64,000 nucleotides of DNA from Alphaproteobacteria bacterium (lineage in GTDB: Bacteria; Pseudomonadota; Alphaproteobacteria; UBA828), in assembly GCA_965214705.1 (NCBI GenBank), contig OZ243972.1:320001-384000 (forward strand). Direction: 5' to 3'. This document shows positions 21,089 through 31,625 of this stretch, piece after piece. A program made the translations under genes and the position numbers. The notes under the pieces were generated by a model. The model worked only from the letters and a program-made list of their open reading frames with translations, did no database searches and was not told the DNA's origin. Positions within the stretch are counted from its first letter, which is position 1. Every line of letters starts with the position of its first letter.

Positions 21089-21324
21089 GGCGCCGCTCCG
21101 GCGCAAGCGTTGCAAGATGACAGCATGGTTGGAGACTCCTCGGCCTGGCGGGGACGCCCCGATACCGGCCGCCCCTCCGGCTTTCGCCGGCGCCGGAGGG
21201 CGAACGCCACGCGCGAAGCGCGGGTGCGAGGCCCCGGCGAGGACGGACTCGAACCCGACTGCAAAGAAATTGGACCGACGCGCGAGGCGCCGGCCCGAGG
21301 TGGAGGGAGGATTGAGTGGACGAA

Positions 21325-21792
21325 TCAGAACGGCAGGTCTTCGCCGGATTCCGGCATCTGTGCCGGAGCGCCGCCCGCCGGCATGGCCTCGCCGTTCGCG
21401 GGTGCGGTCTCCGTCGCGGCGGCCGCGCCGTTAGCGCCGTTCGCCTTGTCGAGGAACTGGATCCGCGAGCCGGGCACGAGCAGGATCTCGGTCGAGAACC
21501 GGTCCGAGTCCTCGTCGTCCTTGCGCCAGCGCCGGGTCTGCATCTTGCCCGCGACGTAGACCAACCGGCCCTTCCTCGCGTTCTTGGTCAGCATGTCGAT
21601 GAGGCCGGGCTGGAAGGTCACCACCCGGTGCCACTCGGTCTTGTCGATGCGCTCGCCCGAGCTGCGATCCAGATACCCCTCGTCGGTCGCGATGCTCAGG
21701 TTGGCCACGCGGCCCCCCGAGACGAGATGGTTGACGACGACGTCGGCGCCGAGGCGGCCGATGACTTCCGCGCGATTCAATCCGAAGCTCAT
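21325..21792 (-). CDS. ssb: Single-stranded DNA-binding protein
   Basis: LNRAEVIGRLGAD, TEWHRVV, acidic C-terminus EDLPF; RBS AAGGAG. Confidence 0.93.
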   Translation of the reverse strand: MSFGLNRAEVIGRLGADVVVNHLVSGGRVANLSIATDEGYLDRSSGERIDKTEWHRVVTFQPGLIDMLTKNARKGRLVYVAGKMQTRRWRKDDEDSDRFSTEILLVPGSRIQFLDKANGANGAAAATETAPANGEAMPAGGAPAQMPESGEDLPF

Positions 21793-22282
21793 GGGTTTCT
21801 CCTTCAGGTCAGGTTGATGACGATGGGATGCGAACGGACGGGACCGGGAGACCTTTCTCCAGACCCCTTCTCCGTTCACCCTTCTCCTGCTTCCCTCCTT
21901 CTCCATGACGGGACCGGATGGTCGGGGCAGCGCCGGACGAGGTCGTCGGCGAGCGCTTCCCGGACGGAGGGGACGTCGAGCCCGAGGTCCTCGAGGAGCC
22001 GGGTCGCCGATGGATCGATGGGGTCGTGGTCGGTGTCGATGCCGAACATGGGATGCCCTCCGCTGCGCCGCGCCCGGCAAGCGAGGAAACCACTCCCTCC
22101 GTCCTTGCCGGGCGTTCGCCCGGCCCACGCCATGCTCTGTCTCCCGGACAGGCGGGACGCTGTCGGTGGGGGAAGCGGCGGAGATGCATGGGGGCGACGC
22201 GGGTCGCCGCGGCGCTACGAAGGCCCGGCCCGGGAAGCCTCGGCGCTACCGGCCCCCGGCTGCGGACGGCGGGGTGGGCAGC

Positions 22283-22546
22283 TCAATCGCCGCCGCCGTT
22301 GCAGGAGGAACCGGCGCGCCGGCGGTGGGCGGCGAAGGCGGTCCAGGATGCTCGGTCGTGGCCGAGGCGCCGGTTCAGGCGATCGCACACGCCGAGCAAC
22401 TCGTCAGGGTTGAGCGCGATCATCGCCGTGGGAATGGTGGCGTCCATGCCCGCGACGGAGATCGCGACGCGGTGCAGGCCGTCCTCGGGGAGCTCCTCGA
22501 CGAAGAACACGAAATCCACCTCGTCGGGCAGGGTATCGGCGTTCAT
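22283..22546 (-). CDS. Hypothetical protein
   Basis: 87-aa ORF with globular composition and RBS GAGGGAG; co-oriented with neighbours. Confidence 0.55.
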   Translation of the reverse strand: MNADTLPDEVDFVFFVEELPEDGLHRVAISVAGMDATIPTAMIALNPDELLGVCDRLNRRLGHDRASWTAFAAHRRRAGSSCNGGGD

Positions 22547-22745
22547 GGATGAACTCCCTCGGTTGCGCCGGTGCGGGCCATCGACGGGCCGGCTGGCGGT
22601 AGTGGCACGGCGGCGGAGCGGATGCCCACCGGCGGCACGGGCGGGATGCCTGTCCTCCGCGTCCCCGGTCGGCGGCGGGACGGCCAGACGTCTGTCACGG
22701 GCGCCGGCCGCGGCGGGTATCCACCGGATCGCCGGGGCACGGCCG

Positions 22746-23765
22746 TTACTCCCACCCCGTCATCGACTGCATGGGCGAGCGGTCCACAAGCACCTCGACC
22801 TGGTCCCGGGTCAGCTTCTCGAAGGCGAGATAGGCTGCCACGTCCATTTCGTCGTCGAAGACGCCGAGCGGCACGTCGGAGTCGACCGGCACCACGGTGA
22901 AGGTCGGAGGATAGATCGGCAACCCCCGGAAATGATCCGATCGCTCGTAACTGCGGCGCGCGCACGGCGCGCACCTCGCCGCGCCCTGGCTCGGCGCATT
23001 GCAGTCCGTACAGCGCCCGGTCATTTTCCGCGCCCAATACCGCCGACGGGCCGCCTCGTTCTTTCGTTCGGCGGAACGGCCTTCGAATTCGAGCGCCGAA
23101 CACGGTGCGCACCGCGAGGCGCCGTCGTTCGTCGGGCCGGCGCATTTCACGCACAACCCGGCGGACCTCCGGGCGGCGTAGAGCTCGCGGTCCGCCTCGC
23201 GTCTCGCGATGCGGCAAGGCTCGCAGGTCGTGCCGCCCTCGACGGGCGGACGGCGACCGCAACCGGTGCATAGCCCGGAATCGCGGCGGATGTTCTGGCG
23301 CCGCTTGCTGGCGAGGCGGGCGGCCCTGCGCTTGACCGCTACCGATCTGCCGCCGTACTTGAGCCCGGCACCCTTCGCCTTGCGGTATCGGATCCGGTCG
23401 GCCTCGCGCCTCTTCGCCAGACAGAGCTCGCACGTGCGGCGGCCGGGCTCGGTGGGATTGCGGCCGCATTTGCCGCACAACCCGGCCTCGCGCCGCTGTT
23501 CGGCTTCCCGGCGGGAGCGCTCGCGCTCGTACTGCCTTGCGCGGTTGGGGTCCCGTCTGGGCTGTCCCGCCGCGCGGAGACGCGCGTCGCGCGCCCGTCC
23601 GGCGGCGTTGGCCTTCTCGGCGCAGGCGCCGCAGACGGGCCGGCCGGGCACGGGTCGGCAGCGTCCGCACTTGACGCAAAGGCCGGCAGCGCGCCGTTTG
23701 GCAACCCGCCTGCGGGAGCGCTCGCGGTCTCTCTGCTTTCGTACCACCAAGTCTCGATATGCCAC
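22746..23765 (-). CDS. Arg-rich protein with five C4 zinc-finger-like repeats
   Basis: GTG start after AGGAGG; five G(L/R)CxxC-x9-11-CxxC units. Confidence 0.75.
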   Translation of the reverse strand: MAYRDLVVRKQRDRERSRRRVAKRRAAGLCVKCGRCRPVPGRPVCGACAEKANAAGRARDARLRAAGQPRRDPNRARQYERERSRREAEQRREAGLCGKCGRNPTEPGRRTCELCLAKRREADRIRYRKAKGAGLKYGGRSVAVKRRAARLASKRRQNIRRDSGLCTGCGRRPPVEGGTTCEPCRIARREADRELYAARRSAGLCVKCAGPTNDGASRCAPCSALEFEGRSAERKNEAARRRYWARKMTGRCTDCNAPSQGAARCAPCARRSYERSDHFRGLPIYPPTFTVVPVDSDVPLGVFDDEMDVAAYLAFEKLTRDQVEVLVDRSPMQSMTGWE

Positions 23766-23848
23766 AGCGTCCTCCTGGCGTGTTCGGACTTCGGACCGCG
23801 GGCGCCCCGGCCGGCTTGCCGCCGGCGGGACGCCCGGGAGAACGCCGC

Positions 23849-24184
23849 TCAGCCCCTCTGGCGGCGGTCGTGGAACATCGAGGTCGCGATGTCCCCCCAG
23901 TACTGCCTGCCGCCGCGGGTGCGCAGCCCCGTGCAGATGATGATCTCCGTGCGCGCCGGGCGCATGGCTTCGGCCTCCTCGCGCGAGACCACCATGCGCT
24001 TCGCCCTGCGCCGGCCCTTGGTCCGCGGGGCCTCGGGCTGGATCGGGCGAATGTCTCCGTCGATCAGTGCCTTGAAGCGCTCGACCACGAAGCGGTCCTC
24101 GCCGTCGAGGCCGTTGCCGAAGGTGTGAACGAGATATGTCCGGGCGCCGCCCTGAAGCGCTTCGATCGTCTGCATAAGTGTCAT
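23849..24184 (-). CDS. Hypothetical protein
   Basis: MTLMQTIEALQGGARTYLVHTFG...; co-oriented upstream of the Zn-finger gene. Confidence 0.5.
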   Translation of the reverse strand: MTLMQTIEALQGGARTYLVHTFGNGLDGEDRFVVERFKALIDGDIRPIQPEAPRTKGRRRAKRMVVSREEAEAMRPARTEIIICTGLRTRGGRQYWGDIATSMFHDRRQRG

Positions 24185-24629
24185 CTCCGTCGTGCCGATG
24201 GTCGGGAACGGCGGCAGCGCCTCTCCCCTGAGCGCCGACCGCCGCCCCGCTTCCGACCGGACTCCGACTCTCGGCGGCGCGAAGCACGTCGGGTGGCGAT
24301 AGGACGGCAAGGGGTTGCGGCAGCAAGACGGCGACGACGACTTCGGGGAAGGAGACAAGCCGCCGGCGAGGCCGATGGCGGGCGGTTCGTCGGGTTGGGC
24401 GGCAACCGTGCCGCGAGGCTTCCCGACGGCGCTGAAGCCGTGTCGGCGCTGCGATCGGCGACAGGCGGCGGCGTGCCGTCTACGCTGCGCATCCTCGGAT
24501 CCGGCGGTGTCGACGATCCGGCATCCACAGCCGAACAGGCGTTTGTGCCCGAGCCGGCGGAACGCTGGAATCCGGGGGTGAGAAGTGAGGAGGGAGTGGA
24601 GAGCGCGGCGAGTCGGGAGCGGCTGACTG

Positions 24630-25820
24630 ATGAACGCACAACAATCCAAGCCCGCGGCCTCGACGCACGGTTTCCTGTCCTACGGCTTCCGGCCCTTCTT
24701 CCTGTCCGCGGCGCTGTGGGCGCTGCTCGCCATGGCGTCTTGGGTCGCGATGCTTACCGGAAGGCTCGCGTTGCCGAGCGCTTTCGACCCGGTGTCCTGG
24801 CACGCCCACGAGGCGCTGTTCGGCTATCTCGGCGCGGTGCTCGCGGGGTTCCTGCTCACCGCCGTGCCGAACTGGACTTCCCGGCCTCCACTCGCGGGGT
24901 GGCCCCTGGCCGGCCTGCTCGCGCTCTGGGTCCTCGGCCGGGTTGCGGTCGCGGCGTCGGAATGGCTCACGCCCTTGGCGGTGGCGCTGATCGACCTGTC
25001 CTGCCTCGTCGTCCTTGGCGGCTACGTGCTGCGCGAGATCGTCGCCGGCAGGAACTGGCGCAACCTCGTGGTGATCGCGATGATCGGCGTGTTCGTCACG
25101 GGCAACGCGCTGTTCCATCGAGAAGCCGCCGACGGCGCGTACGCGGCGTCGGGCTACGGGCTGCGCATCGGCCTTGCCGCCGCGATCATGATGATCTCGA
25201 TGATCGGCGGGCGGATCGTTCCCGCGTTCACGCGCAACTGGCTGTCGGCGCGCGGCAGCGATGGGCTCCCGGCGGAGTTCGGGCGTCTCGACGGCCTCGC
25301 CCTCGCGCTCACCTTGTTCGCACTTGCCGCGTGGGTGGCGGTCCCCGAGGCATCCGCGTGCGGATATTTGCTCCTCGCCACGGGCCTCGCGCAGGCCGCA
25401 CGGCTCTCGCGCTGGTGCGGGCTGCAGACACGCCGCGAGCCCCTGCTGTGGATCCTGCACGTGGGATACGCGTTCGTGCCGCTCGGCATGCTGGGCGTGG
25501 GCGCGACAATCCTGTGGCCGGACACCTTGCCGCCCGCCTCGGCCCAGCATCTGTGGATGGCGGGCGCGATCGGCGTCATGACACTCGCTGTGATGACCCG
25601 CGCGACGCTTGGCCACGGCGGCCGGGTGCTGACCGCGGGGCCGGGGACGGCCGCAATCTATCTGCTGGTCGTTGCCTCGGTGCTCGCGAGGCTCGCCGGC
25701 GGCGTGCTCCCGGGCCATGCGATGGCGTTGTGGACGCTCGCGGGCCTCCTGTGGTGCTGCGGCTTTGCCGGGTTTATGCTTGCCTACGGACGGCTGTTGA
25801 TCGGCGCGGCGCAGCGGTGA
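24630..25820 (+). CDS. nnrS: NnrS family membrane protein
   Basis: GFRPFFL, WHAHEALFGY, GFLLTAVPNWT, IGGRIVPAFTRNWL, LLWILHVGY, MTRATLGH. Confidence 0.93.
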   Translation: MNAQQSKPAASTHGFLSYGFRPFFLSAALWALLAMASWVAMLTGRLALPSAFDPVSWHAHEALFGYLGAVLAGFLLTAVPNWTSRPPLAGWPLAGLLALWVLGRVAVAASEWLTPLAVALIDLSCLVVLGGYVLREIVAGRNWRNLVVIAMIGVFVTGNALFHREAADGAYAASGYGLRIGLAAAIMMISMIGGRIVPAFTRNWLSARGSDGLPAEFGRLDGLALALTLFALAAWVAVPEASACGYLLLATGLAQAARLSRWCGLQTRREPLLWILHVGYAFVPLGMLGVGATILWPDTLPPASAQHLWMAGAIGVMTLAVMTRATLGHGGRVLTAGPGTAAIYLLVVASVLARLAGGVLPGHAMALWTLAGLLWCCGFAGFMLAYGRLLIGAAQR

Positions 25821-25951
25821 GCGGCGACGGCGGAAATGGCGTTCACGGCCGCCGCGCCGTGGCTCGCGAGGTACCGGCAAGGATCGCTCGGAAGATGACG
25901 ACTGCCCGCGGTTACCGCCGACGACGGCCGAGATAGCGCAGGGATCGCATC

Positions 25952-26788
25952 TTGGCAGGAGTTCGAATTTACGACGGTGCTATCCGTTCGCCGGTCGAAG
26001 TGCTGGAACGTTATCTGGATCGGGGCGGCACGACCATTATCCGTGCTGCATTCGAGCATTCTTACTTCGTCCACCCGGACGAGGTCCGACGGAAAACGCC
26101 CCTCTATCCGGATCGGGCCCGTCTCAGTCGCGAGCACTACCCGGGATCTGACAGGGGTGACCGAGGCATGTGGAAGGGTCGGGAAGTCAAGCTGGGCGAC
26201 AACTCCGCGGCTCAGAGGGCCTGGACGAGATATTCCGGCCGGAGCATCGAACGCTCTTCGGGCTACGGCGTTCGACATGTCTGGGGATACCCCTGGGATC
26301 CGGACGCGTTCACCGCCGGATGGAATCTCTGCTACATGCCCTTCTGGGCGGGGATGCTCACGGAGCGGCAACACCCCCATCCGGAACTGGAAGCGGCGAT
26401 TCGCCAGGCGGCATGGGACCTCTTCTTCCGTCAGGACCCGGTGTGCGCCCCGCCGGAGTTCGTAAACGATCCCGGGATCGATCTGGACGCGCTCCTCGGC
26501 GGACAGCCCATCCTTGTCTTGGCTGGGGGAGCGGCCCGTGCCGACCGATGCACGCTGGCGTCCGGGGCCTCAGGCGATGAGATCGACGCACGCATAAAGG
26601 AGATCAGAAGAGCCTCCAGGCAGAGTTGGTCGAACCTGCGGAAGGCCGTGCGTGCGCTCCAGGGGAAGCCGCACGAGCCCTTCGGAACCCGGAACGTCCA
26701 GGCGACAGCGAAGAGCACGGTTCGGCGTATCCAACGCGAGACGGGGCTGGATCTGACCGCACTCGCGTGTCGGCTGACGAAGAATTGA
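25952..26788 (+). CDS. Hypothetical protein (start uncertain)
   Basis: 278-aa protein-like ORF; VRHVWG...FTAGWNLCYMP. Confidence 0.55.
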   Translation: MAGVRIYDGAIRSPVEVLERYLDRGGTTIIRAAFEHSYFVHPDEVRRKTPLYPDRARLSREHYPGSDRGDRGMWKGREVKLGDNSAAQRAWTRYSGRSIERSSGYGVRHVWGYPWDPDAFTAGWNLCYMPFWAGMLTERQHPHPELEAAIRQAAWDLFFRQDPVCAPPEFVNDPGIDLDALLGGQPILVLAGGAARADRCTLASGASGDEIDARIKEIRRASRQSWSNLRKAVRALQGKPHEPFGTRNVQATAKSTVRRIQRETGLDLTALACRLTKN

Positions 26789-26965
26789 GGGGTCGGTCGG
26801 GGGCATCCGGGAGATCTGGGACCCGGCGAGGTGGGTTGCGTGAGACATTTCGCAGGACTTGTCGCCGTGTTGCGATAGTGTTGACAAGCAGCTCGCGAGA
26901 ACCGGCCCTCATAGAATTAATTCTCTAAAAACACTAGGTTATGACGTAGAAAATCTCCTGCTCGA

Positions 26966-27214
26966 ATGTTCGAGAAGCACGCGAAGAAGGGCCGGCTGGT
27001 CTACGTCGCGGGCAAGATGCAGACCAGGAAGTGGCGCAAGGAGGGCGAGGACAGCGACCGGTTCTCGACCGAGATCCTGCTGGTGCCTGGTTCGCGCGTC
27101 CAGTTCTTGGATAAGCCTGCCGGCACCAACGGCAACGGTGCCCAGGCGCCCGACGGTGAGGCTGCGCCGGCCGGCGATGCCGCTACGGCAGGGACAGACG
27201 GCGTCCCGTTCTAG
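26966..27214 (+). pseudogene. ssb: 5'-truncated ssb
   Basis: KGRLVYVAGKMQTRKWRK...GVPF matches the C-terminal half of 21325-21792; the N-half is replaced by AT-rich sequence. Confidence 0.85.
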
Positions 27215-27257
27215 TTGCCCGTCCTCGCAGCGGGCGTCCTCAGCCCGCTCGCCCCAG

Positions 27258-27296
27258 AGCCCACCCCGCGTCCCTCCCGCGCGGGGTGGGCTTTTT
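27258..27296 (+). terminator. Rho-independent terminator
   Basis: 13-bp stem AGCCCACCCCGCG/CGCGGGGTGGGCT followed by a T tract, downstream of ssb. Confidence 0.7.
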
Positions 27297-27493
27297 CGTG
27301 CAGCCTGATCCGAGGCCACCGTAGGCCGGACGGCGGGGCTCGCGCTTCGCGCGCCGCCCGCCGTCCCGGCGCCGACGAGAGGCCGAGCGATGCCGGGACC
27401 GGGCACGTCCCATCCAGCGGCCAGCGAGGTCCCCATGCTCTCCATCTCCGGTCCCGGCTTCGCCGGTTCCCGTTCGATCCCGAAGGGCGCGCC

Positions 27494-28477
27494 ATGAACG
27501 CGGCCGCCGTCGCCGCAGCGCTCGCCGAGCGCGCTGAGGAGGTCTGCCGCCGATACCTGCCCTACGGGCGGCGCCGGGGCCGGTATTGGGTCGCAGGCGA
27601 CCTCGATGGCGGGCGCGGGCGATCCCTCTTCGTCCGCCTCGCGCCCCCCGGCACGCCCGGCAAGTTCACCGATGCGGCCACGGGGGAACATGGCGACCTG
27701 CTCGACATCGTCCGCCATCGCGTCAACGCGCCGACGCTGCGCGCGGCGCTCGACGAAGCGCGCTCCTTCCTCGCCCGGCCGGCTGCCCCGGCCGCAGGCT
27801 CGGGCGACGCCTATGACGCCACCGAGGCGGCCCGCCGTCTCTGGCAGCGCTGCCGCGCCATCGACGGCACCCATGCCGAGGCCTACCTCGAGGCGCGCGG
27901 TATTGAGCGCTGCCGCTTCGCGGCCCTGCGCTTCCATTCCGGCCTCTTCTACCGCGACGGCGGCGGCATGCGCCGCCTGCCCGCCCTGGTCGCCGCCGTA
28001 ACCGCTCACGACGGCGACATCGTCACCGGTGTCCATCGCACATGGTTGGACCCTCGGCGTCCCGCGAAGGCCAGCGTCTCGCGCCCGCGCAAGGCGCTCG
28101 GGCGCATTTTCGGCCATGCCGTCCGCTTCGGACGCCCCGCCGACGGCGCTTCGCTCCTCGTCGGCGAGGGCATCGAGACCGTGCTGTCGCTGGTGACGGC
28201 CGTTCCGACCATCACCGCCGCCGCTGCGCTCTCCGCCGGCAGCCTGGGTGCCTTCTCTCCGCCTGCCGGCACAGCCCGCCTCGTCATCGCCAGGGACAAC
28301 GACGATGAAGGCGAGCGCGCGGCTCTCCGCCTCGCCCAGCGCTGCGCGCGGGCGGGCATCGCCACCACGGTCATCTCGCCCAGGGGTGAAGATTTCAATG
28401 ACGACCTCCTCGCGTTCGGCCCCGCCGCGCTTGCCGCCTGGACGGCGGCCGCGCTCGCAGAACGGGAGCCCGGGTGA
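27494..28477 (+). CDS. Toprim-domain (primase-like) protein
   Basis: YWVAGDLDG, TDAATGEHGDLLD, GEGIETVLS, ARDNDDEG, DFNDDL. Confidence 0.85.
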   Translation: MNAAAVAAALAERAEEVCRRYLPYGRRRGRYWVAGDLDGGRGRSLFVRLAPPGTPGKFTDAATGEHGDLLDIVRHRVNAPTLRAALDEARSFLARPAAPAAGSGDAYDATEAARRLWQRCRAIDGTHAEAYLEARGIERCRFAALRFHSGLFYRDGGGMRRLPALVAAVTAHDGDIVTGVHRTWLDPRRPAKASVSRPRKALGRIFGHAVRFGRPADGASLLVGEGIETVLSLVTAVPTITAAAALSAGSLGAFSPPAGTARLVIARDNDDEGERAALRLAQRCARAGIATTVISPRGEDFNDDLLAFGPAALAAWTAAALAEREPG

Positions 28478-28554
28478 GGGCAGCCAACGGGCGAGCCGCA
28501 TGGAGAGCAGAGAAAGTCCTCTCCGCGCCGGCATCACGCTACGGGGGGAAGACC

Positions 28555-28782
28555 ATGAGCAGCGATATCAAGTTCCGGCGGGTGAGCGAGAACGAGGCCC
28601 GCGTCTATCAGGACGGCGACTACGTCGGCGACGTCTTCCGCCAGGACGACATCCTCAACCGCGGCGCGGTGTTCCATGTGGTGCATCTCAGCGAAGACCC
28701 CCGCGGGCCCGTCAGGGTGCACGAGCGCCATCGCGTCCGCGAGGTCGCCCGACACCTCCTCGACACCCACCCGATGCTGTGA
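28555..28782 (+). CDS. Small hypothetical protein (75 aa)
   Basis: Paralogue of 19512-19739 (YQDGD, RGPVR, HP). Confidence 0.75.
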   Translation: MSSDIKFRRVSENEARVYQDGDYVGDVFRQDDILNRGAVFHVVHLSEDPRGPVRVHERHRVREVARHLLDTHPML

Positions 28783-28908
28783 GCGGTGACGAGCGCCACC
28801 GGGAGCGGCTCGCCCTCGATCCCGTTGCCGGGCCCGCGGCCGGCACCGCGCATTTCATCGCTGCGGGAGGTGCCGCGCCGCTTGCGGGAAACAAAAACAA
28901 GGGGTCCG

Positions 28909-31129
28909 GTAGAGTAGGACGCGAGCGCCTGGTGATCCTCACGCACCACAGGTTTCTCGCGCCCTCTCTCAGAACCGGGCGTGCACCTTTCGTTATGCAC
29001 CCGGCTCGCCAAAGGCTTTCGTGAAGGCAGGAGTTTTCATCCAATTGAGCTTGAACTGCATGACCGGAATCCGGCCCATTTGGTACAGCTCAGTGTCGCC
29101 ATCGGCCCAGACCCGAGCGCCGGGATACTGCCGGCTCGGCCTCGACCAAGAAGCGTACACCCGTCGCGGGGAGGCGCCGTCGTGCTTACCCCGCATCCAC
29201 AGCCAGAGCCGTCGCCACACATACCAGTCCAGACTGGACAGGATGCGCTTGGCCCCGATGCAGTGGCGGTAGTAGTGGCCCCACCCCCGGAGGATTGGAT
29301 TGATTTCCTGGAGCACGCTTCTCAGCGAGCGCGTCCGCGTCCGCTGATTCAGCACTTGCTTGATCCGCCGGCAGAAGTCACTGATCGCCTCCTTCGGGAT
29401 TTCGACCCGGCACATGTAGCCGTCATGGTCGTCCCCTTTGAGACGAACCCGGCATCCGAGGAACCGGAATCCTTCCGTCAGTCTGGTGATCCGCGTCTTC
29501 TCCTCCGATAGCGTCAGCCCCATCTCCTCGCGCAGCCAGTCCGCGAGCGCCTGCTTCTCAGCAGCCGCATCGTCGTAACCGCCCGCCACGAAGATCAGGA
29601 AGTCGTCGGCATATCGGACCGGGTAGAAGACCGTTCGCCCGGCCTCCCTGTCCCGAAATCGCCGTGTCGCGGCCATCCGCCTTCCGTCAGTCCGGATATT
29701 GGGATCATGCGGGTGCCTCACCCACCACCAGTACCGCTCCTCGATCGCGCTCAGCGCGATGTTGGCCAGCAGGGGAGACAGGACACCCCCTTGAGGCGTG
29801 CCGGTGGTTGTCGGATTGTAGTTGACGTCCTCCAATACCCCGGCTTTGAGGAACCGCACGATCAGCCTGTTGACCTTCCGGTCCGCAACGGATTTCCGTA
29901 CGCGCTCCATCAGGTAGTGATGGCCGATGTTGTCGAAGCAGCCCTCGATGTCGCCTTCAATCACCCATTGATAGGGAGGGTCGCGAAGCTTCCCATCGGT
30001 TCTCGACTTGTGAGTCCGAGTGGTCAGCCGGATATGTTCGAGTGCGCCATGGCAGCCCCGTCCGGGCCTGAACCCGTAGGAGACCTGCCAGAAACGCGCC
30101 TCGAAAATTGGCTCCAGGATGTTCTTGACCGCGCATTGCACCACGCGGTCAGCAACGGTGGGGATACCAAGGGGTCGGAACTTCCCCGGCTTGCCCGGCT
30201 TCGGAATCCACTTCCGCCGGGCGGGCGACGGTCGGTAGCTGCCATCGCGCAGCGCCTCCCGAAGCTCGTCCAGAAAGAGCGGTACACCTCCATCGCCAGC
30301 GGCAATGCTCGCCACCGTCAGCCCGTCGACGCCCGGCGTTCGTCTGCCCTTGTTCTGGGCAATCGAGTGCCATGCACAGCGAAGATTGCGCGGATCGGTT
30401 ACCCAGTTCCACACATCGCCGTAAGCGCCTTCAGGCGTCTCCTTACTCCACCGATACAACTTCCGCTGCACGTTGAGGAGCCAGGCCATGTCGGCCTGAT
30501 TATCCGAGTCCACGGATAGTTCCTCCGTCAGTCGATAGCCGATCCACCTTCTGCCCCCCTTCGCCATGTATGCGGCTTTCCCGCACTCCGACTACTACGA
30601 GGGCTCCGCCCCCATGCGGCCCGTCTCCGTTCTCCGCGGCTAGCCCGGTTCCGTGCCGGGCGAACAGCATGGGTTCCTGTGTTCCGATGACAAACCTGAG
30701 ACCCTTAGGCGGCACGCTATACCCCTTGCAGCTCTGGGGTTCGGGATAGAAGGGTTGACCCGTACCCGGGTGCGTTCAACACACCCGCCAGTCGGCAGAC
30801 GGAAGACCAACCGGCTCTCACCGCGCTCCCTCCGCCCCGTCGGGCCATTGAGGGTTGGACATCTAAATAAAGAGGCTTCCGTCACGTGCTTCGTTCAACC
30901 TCGCCATAGGTCCTGTGGTAGCCCGGCCCGCGAGCGACGGCCCGCACCCGGTACAGTTCAGATCGCAGCTCTTTCGCCCCACCGTCGGAAACCGGCGGAG
31001 CTTAGCGATCCCCTTCCGCCCAACACCCCTCGTCAGGCAGGGTGGCGTTTCAGCCACCGGTCGATCATCAGCACTACCAAGTGTTTGGTTTACTTCATGC
31101 TTTCCTCCTACTTGGTATTCACAGCGCAC
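28909..31129 (-). mobile_element. Group II intron, apparently full length (2.2 kb)
   Basis: 5' GTGCG at 31129; domain V GAGCCGGGTGCATAACGAAAGGTGCACGCCCGGTTC after the ORF; 3' end CCTACTCTAC at 28909. Confidence 0.88.
28993..30513 (-). CDS. ltrA: Group II intron reverse transcriptase/maturase, no endonuclease domain
   Basis: RPLGIPTVADR, SYGFRP, PQGGVLSPLLANI, RYADD, FLG, LRGWGHYY. Confidence 0.93.
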   Translation of the reverse strand: MDSDNQADMAWLLNVQRKLYRWSKETPEGAYGDVWNWVTDPRNLRCAWHSIAQNKGRRTPGVDGLTVASIAAGDGGVPLFLDELREALRDGSYRPSPARRKWIPKPGKPGKFRPLGIPTVADRVVQCAVKNILEPIFEARFWQVSYGFRPGRGCHGALEHIRLTTRTHKSRTDGKLRDPPYQWVIEGDIEGCFDNIGHHYLMERVRKSVADRKVNRLIVRFLKAGVLEDVNYNPTTTGTPQGGVLSPLLANIALSAIEERYWWWVRHPHDPNIRTDGRRMAATRRFRDREAGRTVFYPVRYADDFLIFVAGGYDDAAAEKQALADWLREEMGLTLSEEKTRITRLTEGFRFLGCRVRLKGDDHDGYMCRVEIPKEAISDFCRRIKQVLNQRTRTRSLRSVLQEINPILRGWGHYYRHCIGAKRILSSLDWYVWRRLWLWMRGKHDGASPRRVYASWSRPSRQYPGARVWADGDTELYQMGRIPVMQFKLNWMKTPAFTKAFGEPGA

Positions 31130-31625
31130 TCCGTCGTGATGTCCGAGGATTTCACACGTGCTCGCGACAGCAACCCTGCGGGTCCTCCGGTCGCTCCGCT
31201 CCCTACGGCCTGACCCAAGGAAGTCTAAGGCGGGCCGTGAAGTTCGGCGACCGTGAAGATGGCTTGCGTGTAATTGCCAACCGCCTCGTCTTGCAGCGCG
31301 CCGGCCCCTGACGCGGGGCCGACGCGTCACGCTGCACCGCCTCAAATCCATTCGCGGAACCATTCGTCGCGGCGCCTAGACGCCGGGCAGGCCCAAGCGG
31401 GCCCGCCCGGCACGGCGCCGTAATGACCACTGGAATGGATTTGCTGCGGAGCACCGTTCCCACCGGCACGGCGGCGCCATCTTCCGCACCGACATCGCCG
31501 AACTTCCGCACCCAAACCCGCCCAAGACTTCCCAGGGCCAGGTGCTGCCGCTGCGCGCGCGTGAATCACAAAGGACATCACCACGGGGCACAGGGTCCCG
31601 GAGGTTGAACCAACAGGAGATCGTC

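Noticed and set aside
22746-24326. 526-aa version of the Zn-finger protein
   Set aside because: The N-terminal extension overlaps another ORF; a strong RBS supports GTG at 23765.
28993-30513. Retron, DGR or Abi reverse transcriptase
   Set aside because: Maturase domain, domain V/VI and a GTGCG 5' end identify a group II intron.
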